A DNA stretch of 64,000 nt, from assembly GCA_034780895.1 (NCBI GenBank), contig JAUZTB010000076.1, positions 38,365,385 through 38,429,384 of the forward strand, written 5' to 3'. Both the position numbers and the translations under genes were made by a program. A model generated the notes under the pieces. That model saw only the letters and a program-made list of their open reading frames with translations. It was not told the origin of the DNA and did no database searches. This document shows, piece by piece, positions 13,358-26,180 of the stretch; the first letter of the stretch is position 1; each line of letters starts with the position of its first letter. Origin of the DNA: Rhynchobatus australiae (taxonomy: Eukaryota).

Positions 13358-15090
13358 CTATAAAGAGATATCAACCATCTTTAATACCTATATTTGAAGA
13401 ACATAGGTTTGAAGAACATTGAAGCAACCTATTTTAAATTTTATACTTCACTCAACACTGGCGATTGGTAAGACACAATAAAAACACTGGTCTTTTCTGC
13501 TGCTGGCCTTGCAAAGTCTGACTTTACTTTGATTTTGTTGCTGATTGCAGGAGCTCCGTGCGTCAGAAATCAATGGCAATTGTATTATACCAGAATATAA
13601 GCACCCCATCAGCTGTGGTTAATTAAGTTTTTAATAAAAAGTTTACAATAAAAAGAGTTAATAATCAAACCTATTAACACTTCTATATTTAAGATAATGT
13701 ATTATTTAAGAGTGATGACATGTTCAATGCTGTTCTGCCAGCACTACAAATAATGAGCCAGATGATGCTGAAACCACTTCACCACTCTTCACAAGAGTAC
13801 GAAGTAGAATTTAAAGCCTAGATAGAGCTTAATTTGTAACCTTTTGAATTAGACACAAAGGATGGCCAATACATAAAGTCAGAATGATAAACCAAAATAC
13901 TGCAGATGCTTGAAATCCAAAGTAAAAAAAAGAAAGTGCTAGAAATACACAAGTCAAGAGCCTTTGTGAGTAGAACCTGTTAACATTTAATGTTGACATC
14001 CACCACCCCCACCCCCCAAAATCAGGAATGGGGATAAAAAATATTAGAAGTATTGTGTGCAAAAGGGGAGGGAAAAGAACAAATATCTGTATTAGAAAGG
14101 TAGGATATTAAATCACAAAAGGGATGATGAAAAACATGAGAAGGTAGTAATAGGACAATATCAGTAAGAAAATGGATTTAGTAGTATAAATTTCTGAAAC
14201 AATATCTTAAATTACTGAACTCAATATTGAGTCTAGAAGGCAAGAGTATTTTACTTGGAGGTTTCAAGAGCCCGGATTGGGAAGAGAGTAAGCACAAGAG
14301 CAGATGTCACATTTCCCATGCTTGAACATGAAGGGGTAGTGGGAAGGAGAAGCTGATGGTAATTGAGGACAGGGCTAGGGTAACTGGATGGAACAGTCCT
14401 TTTGTAATGATGGTGTTTTGGTATTGGTGTGAGTGTGAACTGTTGAATGTAGAGTCTGGTACAGTGGAATGCAAGGACAAAGAGAAACTTACTGTGATTC
14501 AGGAAGGGGAAGCACAAGAGCTGAAGTGCTTGAAATATAATAGGCACGGTTGAGGACTTTAAAGTGATCTGAAGGAGTAATTATTAGTTGAGGAAAAAGG
14601 AAAACATTTCAGAAACAGTTTTTAAAAGCAAAGTTTATTACTTTACTTGCTCCACCATTCTTTCTGTTTCATCTCTGCTGCCTTCTACCTTATCCCAAAT
14701 CTTCCTTTTTATTTTCTTCCATTTGTCTCTTTCTCTGCATTTAAATGATTGTTATATTTCAAATTTTTTCCAAGTTATGAAAGATTGACATAAAAATTTA
14801 CTAACTCTTTCTCTCTACAGGTGCTACCTAACTAGCTAGACTTCTCCAGTACTACTTTAATTACATTTTCCAAGGCAGGCATTAACAGAAATTAGACATC
14901 ACTGAACTGGTCCCATACCCATTTTACAGTCAGTTCGAAACAGCTTTCCTGGAGGCTAAAAGTCAGCCATAACTGATGCACTGCATAGAAGATTAGAAAA
15001 GAAAATGTTTGTGGGAATAAAAATATGATTTGTGAAGTGCAGTATTTTTAAATCAAAATTATTGTGGAAAAAATTGAAATATTGTATTAC

Positions 15091-15155
15091 CTTTTTCCAG
15101 TCTTCTGAGGGCACATAATCTTCATCCTCTTCAGATTCCTCTTCTCCTTCATTGC
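15091..15155 (-). CDS. MIER1: MIER1 exon 6
   Basis: NEGEEESEEDEDYVPSEDWKK. Acceptor cttag, donor gtaata; 65 nt, phase 1 to 0. Confidence 0.96.
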
Positions 15156-15959
15156 CTAAGAATGTTGACAGGCCAGTTTTTGTTTCAGTGTTATGGAAAG
15201 AGCTTCCATTTATACGAATTGAGTATTTTGAGATGATTTTTATAAGTTTAAACATTTTTAAATATAATTTTTTTGATAGTATCAACGTTACTGCAAAAAA
15301 AATACCCCTTTTGGAATTTTATAGGTCCCTTGATCATAAAATCTGTAAGNNNNNNNNNNNNNNNNNNNNNNNNNNNNNNNNNNNNNNNNNNNNNNNNNNN
15401 NNNNNNNNNNNNNNNNNNNNNNNNNNNNNNNNNNNNNNNNNNNNNNNNNNNNNNNNNNNNNNNNNNNNNNNNNNNNTGGTCATTATAGTTTCGACTCGAT
15501 TGGCTTAAAAATGCTGATATTTCATCCAGAAACTGATTTTCCATTTCCTTATTACTGCTAATAAGATTAGACTAAATAAAAAATAATAGGGAAAGAAAAT
15601 GAGTACAGTTACTTTATTTTTTTGTATTTTATATACATTTTCTAAAATTAAACAGCCTAGGGATGAAAATTTGAATCCAAAATATACCCAATTCATTTAT
15701 ATGTAATAATTCTGCACCAGCCATTTAGTCAAGTATGTTCTATATTAAATTAACTCATAGCTGATTTAACTTTATAAAGCTGCCTTTGCTTCACATCCTT
15801 GAATTCTTCTGGTTAACAAAAATTAATCAACTTCAACTTATAGCCATGATCATGAGATCATTTGGGACGATACATCTAAAACAAATGAAAATCTAAGCAT
15901 GGACCTTCCAAGAGGGCAGTTAAAAAAACCCAGAAAATTATGCACACATTGTTTCATTC

Positions 15960-16420
15960 AGTCATGGAAATTGATACTGCTTACTACAATTCAGCAGGGC
16001 CTTGATGAAACACCTGGAGTACTGCATTGATTTCAGTCTCATTATCCAAGAATGTCTGCCATAAAGTAAGTACAATGGAAGTTCACCAGACTGATTCCAG
16101 GTTGGCAATAAAGATGGTGGATTGACTAAGCCTGTAATCATTAGAGTTTAGAAGGACAAGAGGAGACCTCATCGAAACGCACACAATTCTGACAGGGCTT
16201 GACAGGTGGATACAGGGAAGATGCTTCCCCTGGCTGGATGAAATTGGGGGTGGGTGGGCTAGAACTAGGTGTCAGTCTCAGAATAAATAGCAAGGCTTTT
16301 GGAATTGACGTGAAGAGAGCAGGAACATGAGATGAGGAAGAGGATCAGCCATTGTTTTGAATGACAGTGCAATCCTAAAGAGCCAAAGCCCTACTCATTG
16401 CACCTATTTTTCTATCTTTA
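15960..16420 (+). mobile_element. Decayed CR1 3' fragment
   Basis: cacctggagtactg..ggttcaccagactgattcc..gatcagccat..cctactc..cctatttt tail. Confidence 0.65.
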
Positions 16421-16704
16421 TCAGAAGACATAAGTAATAAAAGTCACTGTTATGCAAGTGGCCAACTAAACTTAAAGCACAAAACTATAAAAGCCACACT
16501 TTAGACATTTTGAGCTGCAGTGATTGAATGCTCAGAAATATAAATAAAATTTGTTGCCTGCACCATTCTAGTACTATCTTTGCACCGTACTGATCTTTAA
16601 CACAATTGTAGCTTCTTTAATATTGAGCACGTTCTCCTTTATTGAATTATCACCATCCAGTGATACTTCAAGTTCAACAAACAGTTAACAGTTACCCTTA
16701 TCCA

Positions 16705-17014
16705 AGTACCACCAAACTTAAGGACAGCTTCTACCCCAGTGATAAGACTATTGAACGGTTCCCTTATACAATGAGATGAACTGTGTACCTTGCAATCTAT
16801 CTTGTTGTGACCTTGTACCTTACACCTTACTGCACTTCCTCTGTAGCCGTGATACTTTACTCTGTACTGTTATTGTTTTTACCTGTACTACATCAATGCA
16901 CTCTGTACTGACTCAATGTAATTGCACTGTGTAATGAATTGACCCGTAAGATCGATTTGTAAGACAAGCCTTTCACTGTACTTCAGTACAAGTGACAATA
17001 ATAAACCAATACCA
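16705..17014 (+). mobile_element. Rex1/Babar LINE 3' end
   Basis: Close match to 62720-63020 (gacagcttctacccc...acaagtgacaataataaacc). Confidence 0.8.
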
Positions 17015-17091
17015 AGAGTTACTACGCCCCTCAGTTGCAGCAGCTGTGTTCTTTATGCAATAATAGATTGAAAGAGCCATTGAGATCTTTA

Positions 17092-17292
<201 letters not shown>

Positions 17293-19492
17293 TCACAAAA
17301 GACATGCAAAACAAAGGTCAATCAATTTAATAAAGTCTGTTAGAAAAAGATTAAGAACAGAAGTCTGAATAAACGAGTCAAAATATGACTAAAGATTACT
17401 CCAAAGGGCTGAGTAAGCATATTTTTTAGGAAAAAAGGGAAGAATGACCAAGGTAAAATACAAATGAAAGTGAAAAAAAAACTTTCTACTTGTTTTTGTA
17501 ATTTGCTTGAGGTATGCTTCTATGTATTTTTTGATTTTTAGTGTGGACTCCAAATTATGTTTCAAAAATCCGTTTCTTTTACCACAAGCATACTGCAGCT
17601 ACAGTGTACTTTAATCAAAAGGTGCACAGCAGCTGTTTGTCAATATTTCTTCAACAGCACCTCTAAAACCCACAAACTCCACTAGCAGAATGAAAGCAGG
17701 AGTCAAATTCACTTCCAACTTTCACCCCAATCCAATTTTAATCCTGCTTTGGAAATACATTGTCATCCCCCCTACAAAAATGAGTTATAAACTTAGAAAT
17801 CCCTCACCAATGGCATTGCTGGAGTATATTCACAGAGACTACAGCTGCTCACCATCATTTCCTCACTGCAATTAGGATTGGCAATAAGCAATGGCTTGAC
17901 CAGCAAAGCCACATTCCACTTTTGAATAAAACAAAGTTTTCCATTTTCAACTTTTCTTTATAAAAATATATACATAATTTTTCTAAGAAATAAACTATCA
18001 TTTGCAGGAAAGTGATTTTTTCCAGAGATCGACTCTAACGATCTCAGTGATCTTCACCATCAGCAAAAAGAGGTAAAAGTACACAAGTACCCTTGAAGCT
18101 CAATAACTCAACTCTGAAATGAGCTGCAAGACAGCTTGGCATATAACCAGAATCAACTAGGTGAGAGAATGGAGTTAGTGGCAAAGGAGTAAAATATTTG
18201 TTGAAAATATTAGAACCACAGCTTCTGACGTCACTGTTCCATCAGACAGCTAGCTTAATAGCATTAGTTTAGTTTCAAAACACCTATGGTGGCAGTAACA
18301 TCGGGTCTCAATAACAAACATGAAAACTTACCTGCTCAACTATGATTTAAAAAAAAGGCCATACCTAAATAAAAGACAGTTTCTGTAAACTTCCCCAGAA
18401 ATGCATCTTGGTCTAAGGGAATAGAAAGACGATTACATGGTGGCATGTGCCAGGACAGTTTCACATAAAAGGACCTTTTGGGAGAAACAATAGGGAAAAG
18501 AACCTAGTCATTAAACACTGGAGTTTCTTTACTGTTTCTCTGTGCCAATTTCTAATGTTTGCTCCAAGCTCTCACTTTTCTGTTCAGAGAAAACTTGAGG
18601 ATCAAGAAATGATGGCATGGAGTATAGGAGAAGAGTATTGTTATTAAATGGAGCAATAAACAATCTCCTAGAGGAACTCAGCAAGTCAAGCAGCATCTGG
18701 GGGGGGGAAGGAAAGGGAGGAATTGTCAACGATGCAGGATTTTGATCCGATCACATTATTTGTTGCTTGACATTCCAGCATCTGCAGTCTATTGTGTCTC
18801 CTATCGTTATTAACTAATCAGCGTGGATACAAAACTGAAGGAACTTGAACAAAGCTGTAGAGAGGTGTGTCCTGAGGTTGGAACAGATTCAAGGGAGCAA
18901 GTTAAAGGCTGCACACGTTAGAAAGGACAGACAAAAAAAATTGGTAATGGGGAACATTAAATGACAGATATTGCCAAAGGCAAACATGTGGGAAGGTATA
19001 GGGAAGGAAAGGCAGCTAAATGGTCACATACTGGATGGTGAAGAAGTCATGGAATAGAGAAATGGGTGTTGTGAGAGATTAAAAAGGGTAGACAAAGAAT
19101 GTGAGGAAGCTGGAGATAGTGGTATAAAAAGGCAAGAGAGCATGAAAAAAAGGTGCAGGTGAGCAAGAGTTAGAAAGAAGCACAGAGGAACAGTAAAGAA
19201 ACAAAGTGAAATAGTTATGACAATGAAACATGATTTTAGTTGTAATGGATGTTAAATGGGATGAGAGAACATATTTTGAGGTCAGTTTGGTCGAGGTACA
19301 AAACATAGATTATTCTTATGCTGAGATGAACTGGAATATTAAAAATATTTTACTAAGTAAATATTTCAGATAGAAATAAATATCCAACATTTGACTTTAC
19401 CTATAACTACTAATGATGAATGATGCATTTAAGATCAATTATAATGGCAAATTTCCCAGAAAAAGCTCTTAAAACCACTTTGTTGAGCACCT

Positions 19493-19744
19493 TCGCTACC
19501 TGACACAGATTGGGTGATCACTTTGTCAAGCAGCTTCACTCCATTCACCACGACAGCCAGGACCTCCCAGTGGCCACCCACTTCAATTCTACATCCCACT
19601 TGCATACTGACATGTCTATCCATGGCCTTCTCTATTGCTAGGCACAGGTTGGGGGAACAACATCTCACATTCTGCCTTGGGAGTCTCCAACCTGATGGCC
19701 TCAACATCGATTTCTCTAACTTCCGGTAACCCCACCCCTTCTCT
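19493..19744 (+). mobile_element. Penelope-like element, GIY-YIG C-terminal fragment
   Basis: RLGEQHLTFCLGSLQPDGLNIDFSNFR, the same motif as at 49130-49219. Confidence 0.8.
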
Positions 19745-20126
19745 NNNNNNNNNNNNNNNNNNNNNNNNNNNNNNNNNNNNNNNNNNNNNNNNNNNNNNNN
19801 NNNNNNNNNNNNNNNNNNNNNNNNNNNNNNNNNNNNNNNNNNNNGGAAAGTTTGCATGAAGGATGAAGCACTGTAATGACTGTAAGAAAACAAATAAATC
19901 AGGAAAGAAAAATTAGAATCAAGGGACAAGCAATGTTTCAAAGGACAGAAAAAATCTAGAATTATTCACAGATAAATTGAACATAGTATAAAAATTTCCT
20001 TCTCGCATTACATTTCACTGAAATCCCATCAAACCATGAGCCCTTAAGACAAAAGCTTCCAGAAACTGTAGGCTCTGATGAAGCTGCAATACCTCAACTT
20101 TTATACCACCAACTTTTTAAACTAAC

Positions 20127-20348
20127 CTGATTTATATTTATGTCTGGTAGATCCTCTGTCTCTGGAACTTCACTACTTCCACTATTTTCTTCATTATCTC
20201 CTTCATCTCCATCATCATCCTCCTCTGCTTCATCATCATCCTCTTCATCTTCTTCATCATCATCATCTTCATCATCCTCACCAGGGAACGGTACAGTCTT
20301 TCCATAACCATACAAATTTAATAAATCTTGGATTGGCATTTCACCTTC
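20127..20348 (-). CDS. MIER1: MIER1 exon 4 (acidic region)
   Basis: EGEMPIQDLLNLYGYG...poly-D/E...DLPDININQ. Acceptor ccttcag, donor gttagt; 222 nt, phase 0 to 0. Confidence 0.93.
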
Positions 20349-21954
20349 CTGAAGGTAAAAGAAAATGAGAGATGATCAGTTAAAAGAATTGAAAATCAAA
20401 AAAAAAATGGGTAATAAGAACCTGAAATAAAAACAAAGTTCTGGAAATACTTATCAGGTCAGGCAGTAGCTGAGGAAAACATATAATGCTGCAGGTCATT
20501 GATCCAATTTAGTCTTATTAAAAGGTGATTTTATTTTCAAAAAGGTTTCAACACAAAAAGCAACCAGTGACTTTCGTCTACCTGGTTCTTATGGCAATTC
20601 AGCACTACCTAAAACTGAATTTTCAATGACACTCATTTTGATTTTGAGAAGTTAGCAAAGCCATGCATAAAATAACTTAAATTGTACAGTTAATGCCAGA
20701 GATCCCGGAGTTCAGTCATGGAGTTGTAGGGAGTATTACAATCATTCTTAGCACTTCTGGACCATACAAAATTTTTTTTAGTTGATAGTGAGGAAGTTCT
20801 ACACTTCAGAAAGGGAGAAGTGGACTGGTTAGCTAGGCCCAAAAGATTCAAATGGAATTCAATCTGGAGAAGTACAAAGAGAAACCTTTGGGAAGAACAA
20901 AGGCAAAGGAATACATCATAAATAGTAAGATACCAAGAAATGGAGAGAAACAGGATTGTGGCATGTAGGTCCACAAATCCCTGAAGGTAGCAGAATAGAT
21001 AGACAAGATGTCAAAACCTTAACAGCTTTGATACAAGACAAAATTCATCACTGGATTTGCTTCTGCTCAAAGCCTACTAGGGTGTTCAGTGCTGATAATT
21101 TGAGTTGTCAATGAAGTTAGGTACTAAACCTTTGCTATTAAAATCAGCACCAACAGATACCCACCATCACCTCGTCTGGTATGGATCCCCAATAATAGTA
21201 ACTCAGTAAAACAAACCAGGTGCAACGTTGCCACAGATACACTATTGATCTTCAGTCTTCACCCTTTATGGAGAGTTTCAATAAATCAAGAAGTGAAAGT
21301 AACCAAGCATTCCCAAATAACTGCTCTGGANNNNNNNNNNNNNNNNNNNNNNNNNNNNNNNNNNNNNNNNNNNNNNNNNNNNNNNNNNNNNNNNNNNNNN
21401 NNNNNNNNNNNNNNNNNNNNNNNNNNNNNNAGATCAGCCACGACCATATTGAATGGTGAGACTGGTTTGAGGGGCTGAGTGGCCTCCTCTGGCTCCTTTG
21501 TTCTTGTGTGTTAATTCTGAAGCAGGATGGTGACACATTCTTGTTTGGTAACAGCATGGCCACCCTATTGCTATTTCAGATTTCAGTCGGTTGGGTATTT
21601 CTTTCAAACTTCCGTCATGAGAAGACCCAGAATGTTGCTGCCCATCTTCTTTTATTCCAAGTCACAAATAGACCTTGCCCTCCCTAGAATGTCCAAGCCC
21701 AGCCAAGTGTTCGCACACTGCCAGGTTGATGCAACACAGCCCCTTCTAGTGTGAATTGAGAGCATTGTTTGTGAGCTGGAACATTCGTCTGGTAGTTAAT
21801 ACACTTTATCTCTGTTTCATGCTTAGTGTACTCGAATATTTAACATAAGATTTTGTGACGTGTGTGTGCAATATTATGGATGTTAATGCCATAGCATTTG
21901 CAAAGAAACATATTTTGATAAATTGCATATGATCTATTTTTCTGCTATCTCCAG

Positions 21955-22083
21955 ATTTCCACAACTGTGCAAGTAGTACAGCAGCCTGTGAGTATCAGCA
22001 CAAGCCAGATTGGAGATTCCAACCCAATAAGCTTTCAATTGCCAGATGACATGTTGATGGAGCTCCTAGCAGAGAGGCTGCAG
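21955..22083 (+). pseudogene. HYDIN: Orphan HYDIN-like exon A inside MIER1 intron 3 (antisense)
   Basis: tttttctgctatctccag|ISTTVQVVQQPVSISTSQIGDSNPISFQLPDDMLMELLAERLQ|gtacag versus recalled human HYDIN ISSSPLPPGPIHRWLSVSPSVGGETGLMSCVLPDELLVQILAERIQ; 129 nt, open frame, phase 0 to 0. Confidence 0.8.
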
Positions 22084-22959
22084 GTACAGAATGGTGATGG
22101 TACATTAAGCAGAGCCATGCATAAACCGGAGAGTCGCAATATCATTGCTCAGTCTTCTCCTTCCTCTTACTGGTGTAAATGGACAACTTGGACTGATGCC
22201 TCTGTGGTAGCCCCACAGCTCAGCTGACTCCAGGCCTGATGCAACTTCTTGCACTCACTCATTTCTGCGGGGAGGCCTCTGGATTGTGACGCCGGCTGAT
22301 GTTCCTCCCTCCTCATTGTAGGCGTTAAAGGGAAATTATCACCCTCCTCCATGTTGAGATCAGCCAACCAGGTGTGGGCTGCTGATGGAGGTTAGGACTT
22401 TTCTGCAGCAGGTACTGCTATTCACTGAGTCTGAAGTGACTGGTGTTCCTGGAAAGTGGTACTGTGTCCTGCACAGCCTTGAAACACAAAAAGGCAAGAG
22501 TCACCAAGGTTGCCAAAGTGGAAGAGAAAGCTCAGAAGCTGGTCCTTGCAGGTCCTGCCAGCAATTTGTTGCTTGTGCCTCCCGGTACTTGCCCTGCCAA
22601 GTTTGTAAGGTCAGTGGCAAAGAACACCATTAGCCTTTTGCAGCTGAGTTCAGAAAAGCTGGGCCTTGAAATCCAGCTGCTGCTCCAGGCCTCAGGAGGG
22701 GAATGCTCAGGACTCCCATTCACCTGACCTCACCGAGCAGCTTGGTTCATGAAAATTCTTGGCTGAGTGGAGAAGAGATTTTTACAAATGATTTCATGGA
22801 TTCAGGAATAATAATCAAAAGCAATTTGTTTATATCCTTAAAAAGAATAAAAACATAAGAAGTAAGAGCAAGAGTAGGATATATACCAACGGAGGCTGCT
22901 GTGCCATTGCAGGTGACACAGTGGATTTGTAGGTAGATCTGCTGCCTTACCTGGCCTGC

Positions 22960-23700
22960 TGATTATGTTTGTTACTTTCTGTATCATTCTTGGCTTATTT
23001 GTTCTCTGGAATATATTGTTCTCCTGAACAGTTGTGACTGTCTTCTTAACTCATTCCCACTGCTCTCTTTCTCTGTCAATAATTTTACCAGTTTTCTTCC
23101 TCATTTCCTCAAAATAGTCTTTTCTTTCAAAATTATTAATTCAGGCTTTATTTCACCAATGTCTTTCACAATTTTTATTCTAATCATGCCTTATTTTGTT
23201 GTGCTTTCTGTGGTCGAAATGCTTCCCTGTTTTTCCTAACTTGTTGAGCTTTCTGTGCAGTGAGTAAGAAAGATAAAATCCCATGAAGAGCAGAAAGCTT
23301 CATTTCCTTCTCCCTTTCTCTTCTTTCCAGTTTATTTACCTGTAGGTTAAATCTCCCATGTTTATAATTCTTTGTATTTTATTTGTTTCAAAAACTTGCT
23401 TACGTATTTTCTCCTCCTTTTCTCTCTCACTATTGCTGCTGTGCGGGGCACCCGTAATCAGGATCAATCCCTTCATACTTTTCATCTCAGTCTATTTAAA
23501 TTTTGATTCTTTCTTAACTAGTTGTGCTTCTTTATTCTACTACTTTTATGTTATCGCTAATTAGCATGGCTACCCAGCGCGCGTCTTTGTTCCCTATCCT
23601 TTCTAGATGTGTAGTAATCTCCAATAATTAACTGGCAGACCTGTTCTTTGCTGGATCCCACTAATTTCTCCCACACTCAGTTTCTTCAAACTATTATCCA
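22960..23700 (-). mobile_element. Ancient CR1 endonuclease-region remnant (within the HYDIN intron)
   Basis: Minus frame gives SNSEREKEEKIRKQV..RIINMGD, resembling the CR1 endonuclease segment PPNS..EEQICRQI..RVVIVGDFN. Confidence 0.45.
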
Positions 23701-24560
23701 TCTTGTCTGTGTGTTGTCTACTTTGTTGCATCCAATTTATTTTTTTTCATATTAACCACTTCCCTCTGTTTATTTTTAAACATCGTTTTTTTAGCTATGT
23801 TTTGTGGAAGTATTTATTCACGGGCTTTTTAAGTCACCTTTATTTTTTTCCGTTGACCTTCACTTTCATCTTCCTTTTAATCTTTAGACATGTTATTTCT
23901 GCCAGATCACTCCTGCTTCTTACTCGTTTAAAGTCCCAGCCATGGCCCTGTTTATCTGAACATTTAATTCAAACCAAACATTTAGCAAATGGTTAGATTT
24001 TTATCAGCGTGCAATCTGTTAGCATTATAAGGTCCCAGTTGAAATATAACATGTAGCACTCATGTATTATATCAATTTCCTGTTTTAACTTTGAAGAATG
24101 TTATGAATTAATTGAATTCCCCCTTGGCCAATTATTGGCTTTGATGTTGTTCTAAGGTTACTGGTAAAACTTCCACCGTTGCATAAACCCATATCTGCGT
24201 TTATGAACAAACCATAACATTTCAAATCATCGTTCCTGTTGTGTGAGGATGAAGCCCCTCAGAGGAAAATAAAGTCAATGCTAAAGTGAACTTTATTGTG
24301 ATGCTTTTACTCCTGAAACATAAGCAGAATGCACTGGAAAAGCTCAGTAGCCCAGGAATCACTTGTGGCAATAAAAACATGATGAATGAGGCACGAATGA
24401 CCTGCAATGTTAACTCTTGTTTTTCCCTCTCCACGGGTGCCACCTGGCCTGCTGATTGTTTTCAACACTTTTTGCTTTTATTTCAGATTTCTAGCACCCA
24501 CCATGTTTTGCTTTTATAATCATGAATCAACCTGTTCTTTTTCACCATTTCCTGCTGTAG

Positions 24561-24740
24561 CTGAACGACTGTTGCCAAGGGGTTGTACTTGATGGACTGG
24601 AGAATCAGCACAGTAACAACGAAACCTCTACACTCCAAGCTGTCTTAAAAGCAATTAACAATAGACGTCACATCTATTTTATCAACCTCAGTCAGGAATA
24701 TGCAGTAATGAAAGCCAAAGAGAAAGCCAAGCTTCAACAG
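24561..24740 (+). pseudogene. HYDIN: Orphan HYDIN-like exon B (the next HYDIN exon) inside MIER1 intron 3
   Basis: cctgctgtag|LNDCCQGVVLDGLENQHSNNETSTLQAVLKAINNRRHIYFINLSQEYAVMKAKEKAKLQQ versus recalled human LSDCYRGVVFDGLDTLFAQNAAAALLCLLKAIGSREHIYILNMAQDYAAMKAQEKAKKEQ; open frame, colinear with exon A. Confidence 0.87.
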
Positions 24741-25851
24741 GTTGATCTATTGTATAGGCTGCAGTTGTAAAACAAAAATAAGGCTTTTGAGCAATCACCA
24801 TCCTGAATTAAACCAGAGATTTATGGTTCACATGAACTCAACATACATTTTTGGCATCAACAGTACAAGATACAGGAAGCATTACCTGGCAATTCAGTGT
24901 TACAACTTACTACTACAAGAAACAATATGCCCCAGCAATTATAAGGGAATAATTAAGGCTCCACTTCAGATCTAATAAAACACAAAGTTATTGCATTTAT
25001 TGGTTCAGCTTGACTTCACATATATTGCAAGTCTATATTATATTGAAGTACTATACTGCAAAGGTAAGACAGTCACCCAATGGCACAACACCGCTAATAT
25101 GCATTCATGCTAGAATTAAAAAGATTTTCATTAGTAATGTCAGAAATACTCAGGACAAAATGGTCTTGGATTGGGATAAGAAAAGATAACCAGATCCAAA
25201 AGCAAGGATTCAATCTGATTTGGTTTTCAAACAAAAAATGTAGCCAGATTAACTTATACTGTCACTTTTAATAACCTGACTGTAAACACTGCTGTACTAC
25301 CCCACTTAAAACCTTACCATATGCATGTCCCAAAATGCAAAATTTTACTTTTGTTCAAGTTAAATTGCACGTTTTATCTGAAATAAAAATAGAAAAGGCT
25401 TAAATACTCAGCACTCAGGCAGCATCTGTGGAGAGAAACAGAGTTAATATGTCAATTCAATTGCCATTCTTCAGAACTGGGAAAACGTAGAAAACAGGCA
25501 TATTTAAACTTTCAGATAAAGGGGAGGGATGGAAATAAGAAAATGAATGTCTGCAATCAAGTGGAGACCAAAAGAAGACAGTTGATAAAGATTGATGTTG
25601 ACTAAAAGAGGATGAGGCAGGCTTTTTATAGGCAATTAATATCTGGCAGAGGTATAAATAGAGGAAAAATAGAAAGCCTGCAGGAACTGTGAGATACGAA
25701 CCACAGCAAACTTTTCATGCTTGAGACCCATGACAAGAACCCAAATTGTTGATGTCTAGGAACAAGTATATTTCTACCCATGAGCTCCTCTTCAAGGAGA
25801 ATGTAATGGTAGCCAAGAAAGATGTGCACATGCCAAAACATCCCGAGTTGG

Positions 25852-26180
25852 CAGACTGGCACAGCTAGGAAAGCCGCTGGCTCACACTCCAGTGGCAGAG
25901 GTTCAATCCTGACCTCCAGGGCAGCTGTGTTTAGGGAGTTTGCATGTTCTCCCTATGATTGCTTGGGTTTCGTCTGGGTGGTCCATTTTCCTCCCAGATC
26001 CCAAAAATATGTGCGTTGGTAGGTATATGGGGCTCTGTAAACTGCCCTTACTGTGTAGGTGAGTGGTAGGGAGAGTTGGTGGGAATGTGGGAAGAATAAA
26101 TTGGAAAAGGGTAGAATTAGTATACATATATGCACTTAAATGGTCTGTGGAAGGGCCTGTTTCCATGCTGTATTTCTCCT
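25852..26180 (+). mobile_element. tRNA-derived SINE (HE1/V-SINE-like)
   Basis: B-box-like ggttcaatcc, core ggagtttgcatgttctccc, and tail gaagggcctgtttccatgctgtat. Confidence 0.8.
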
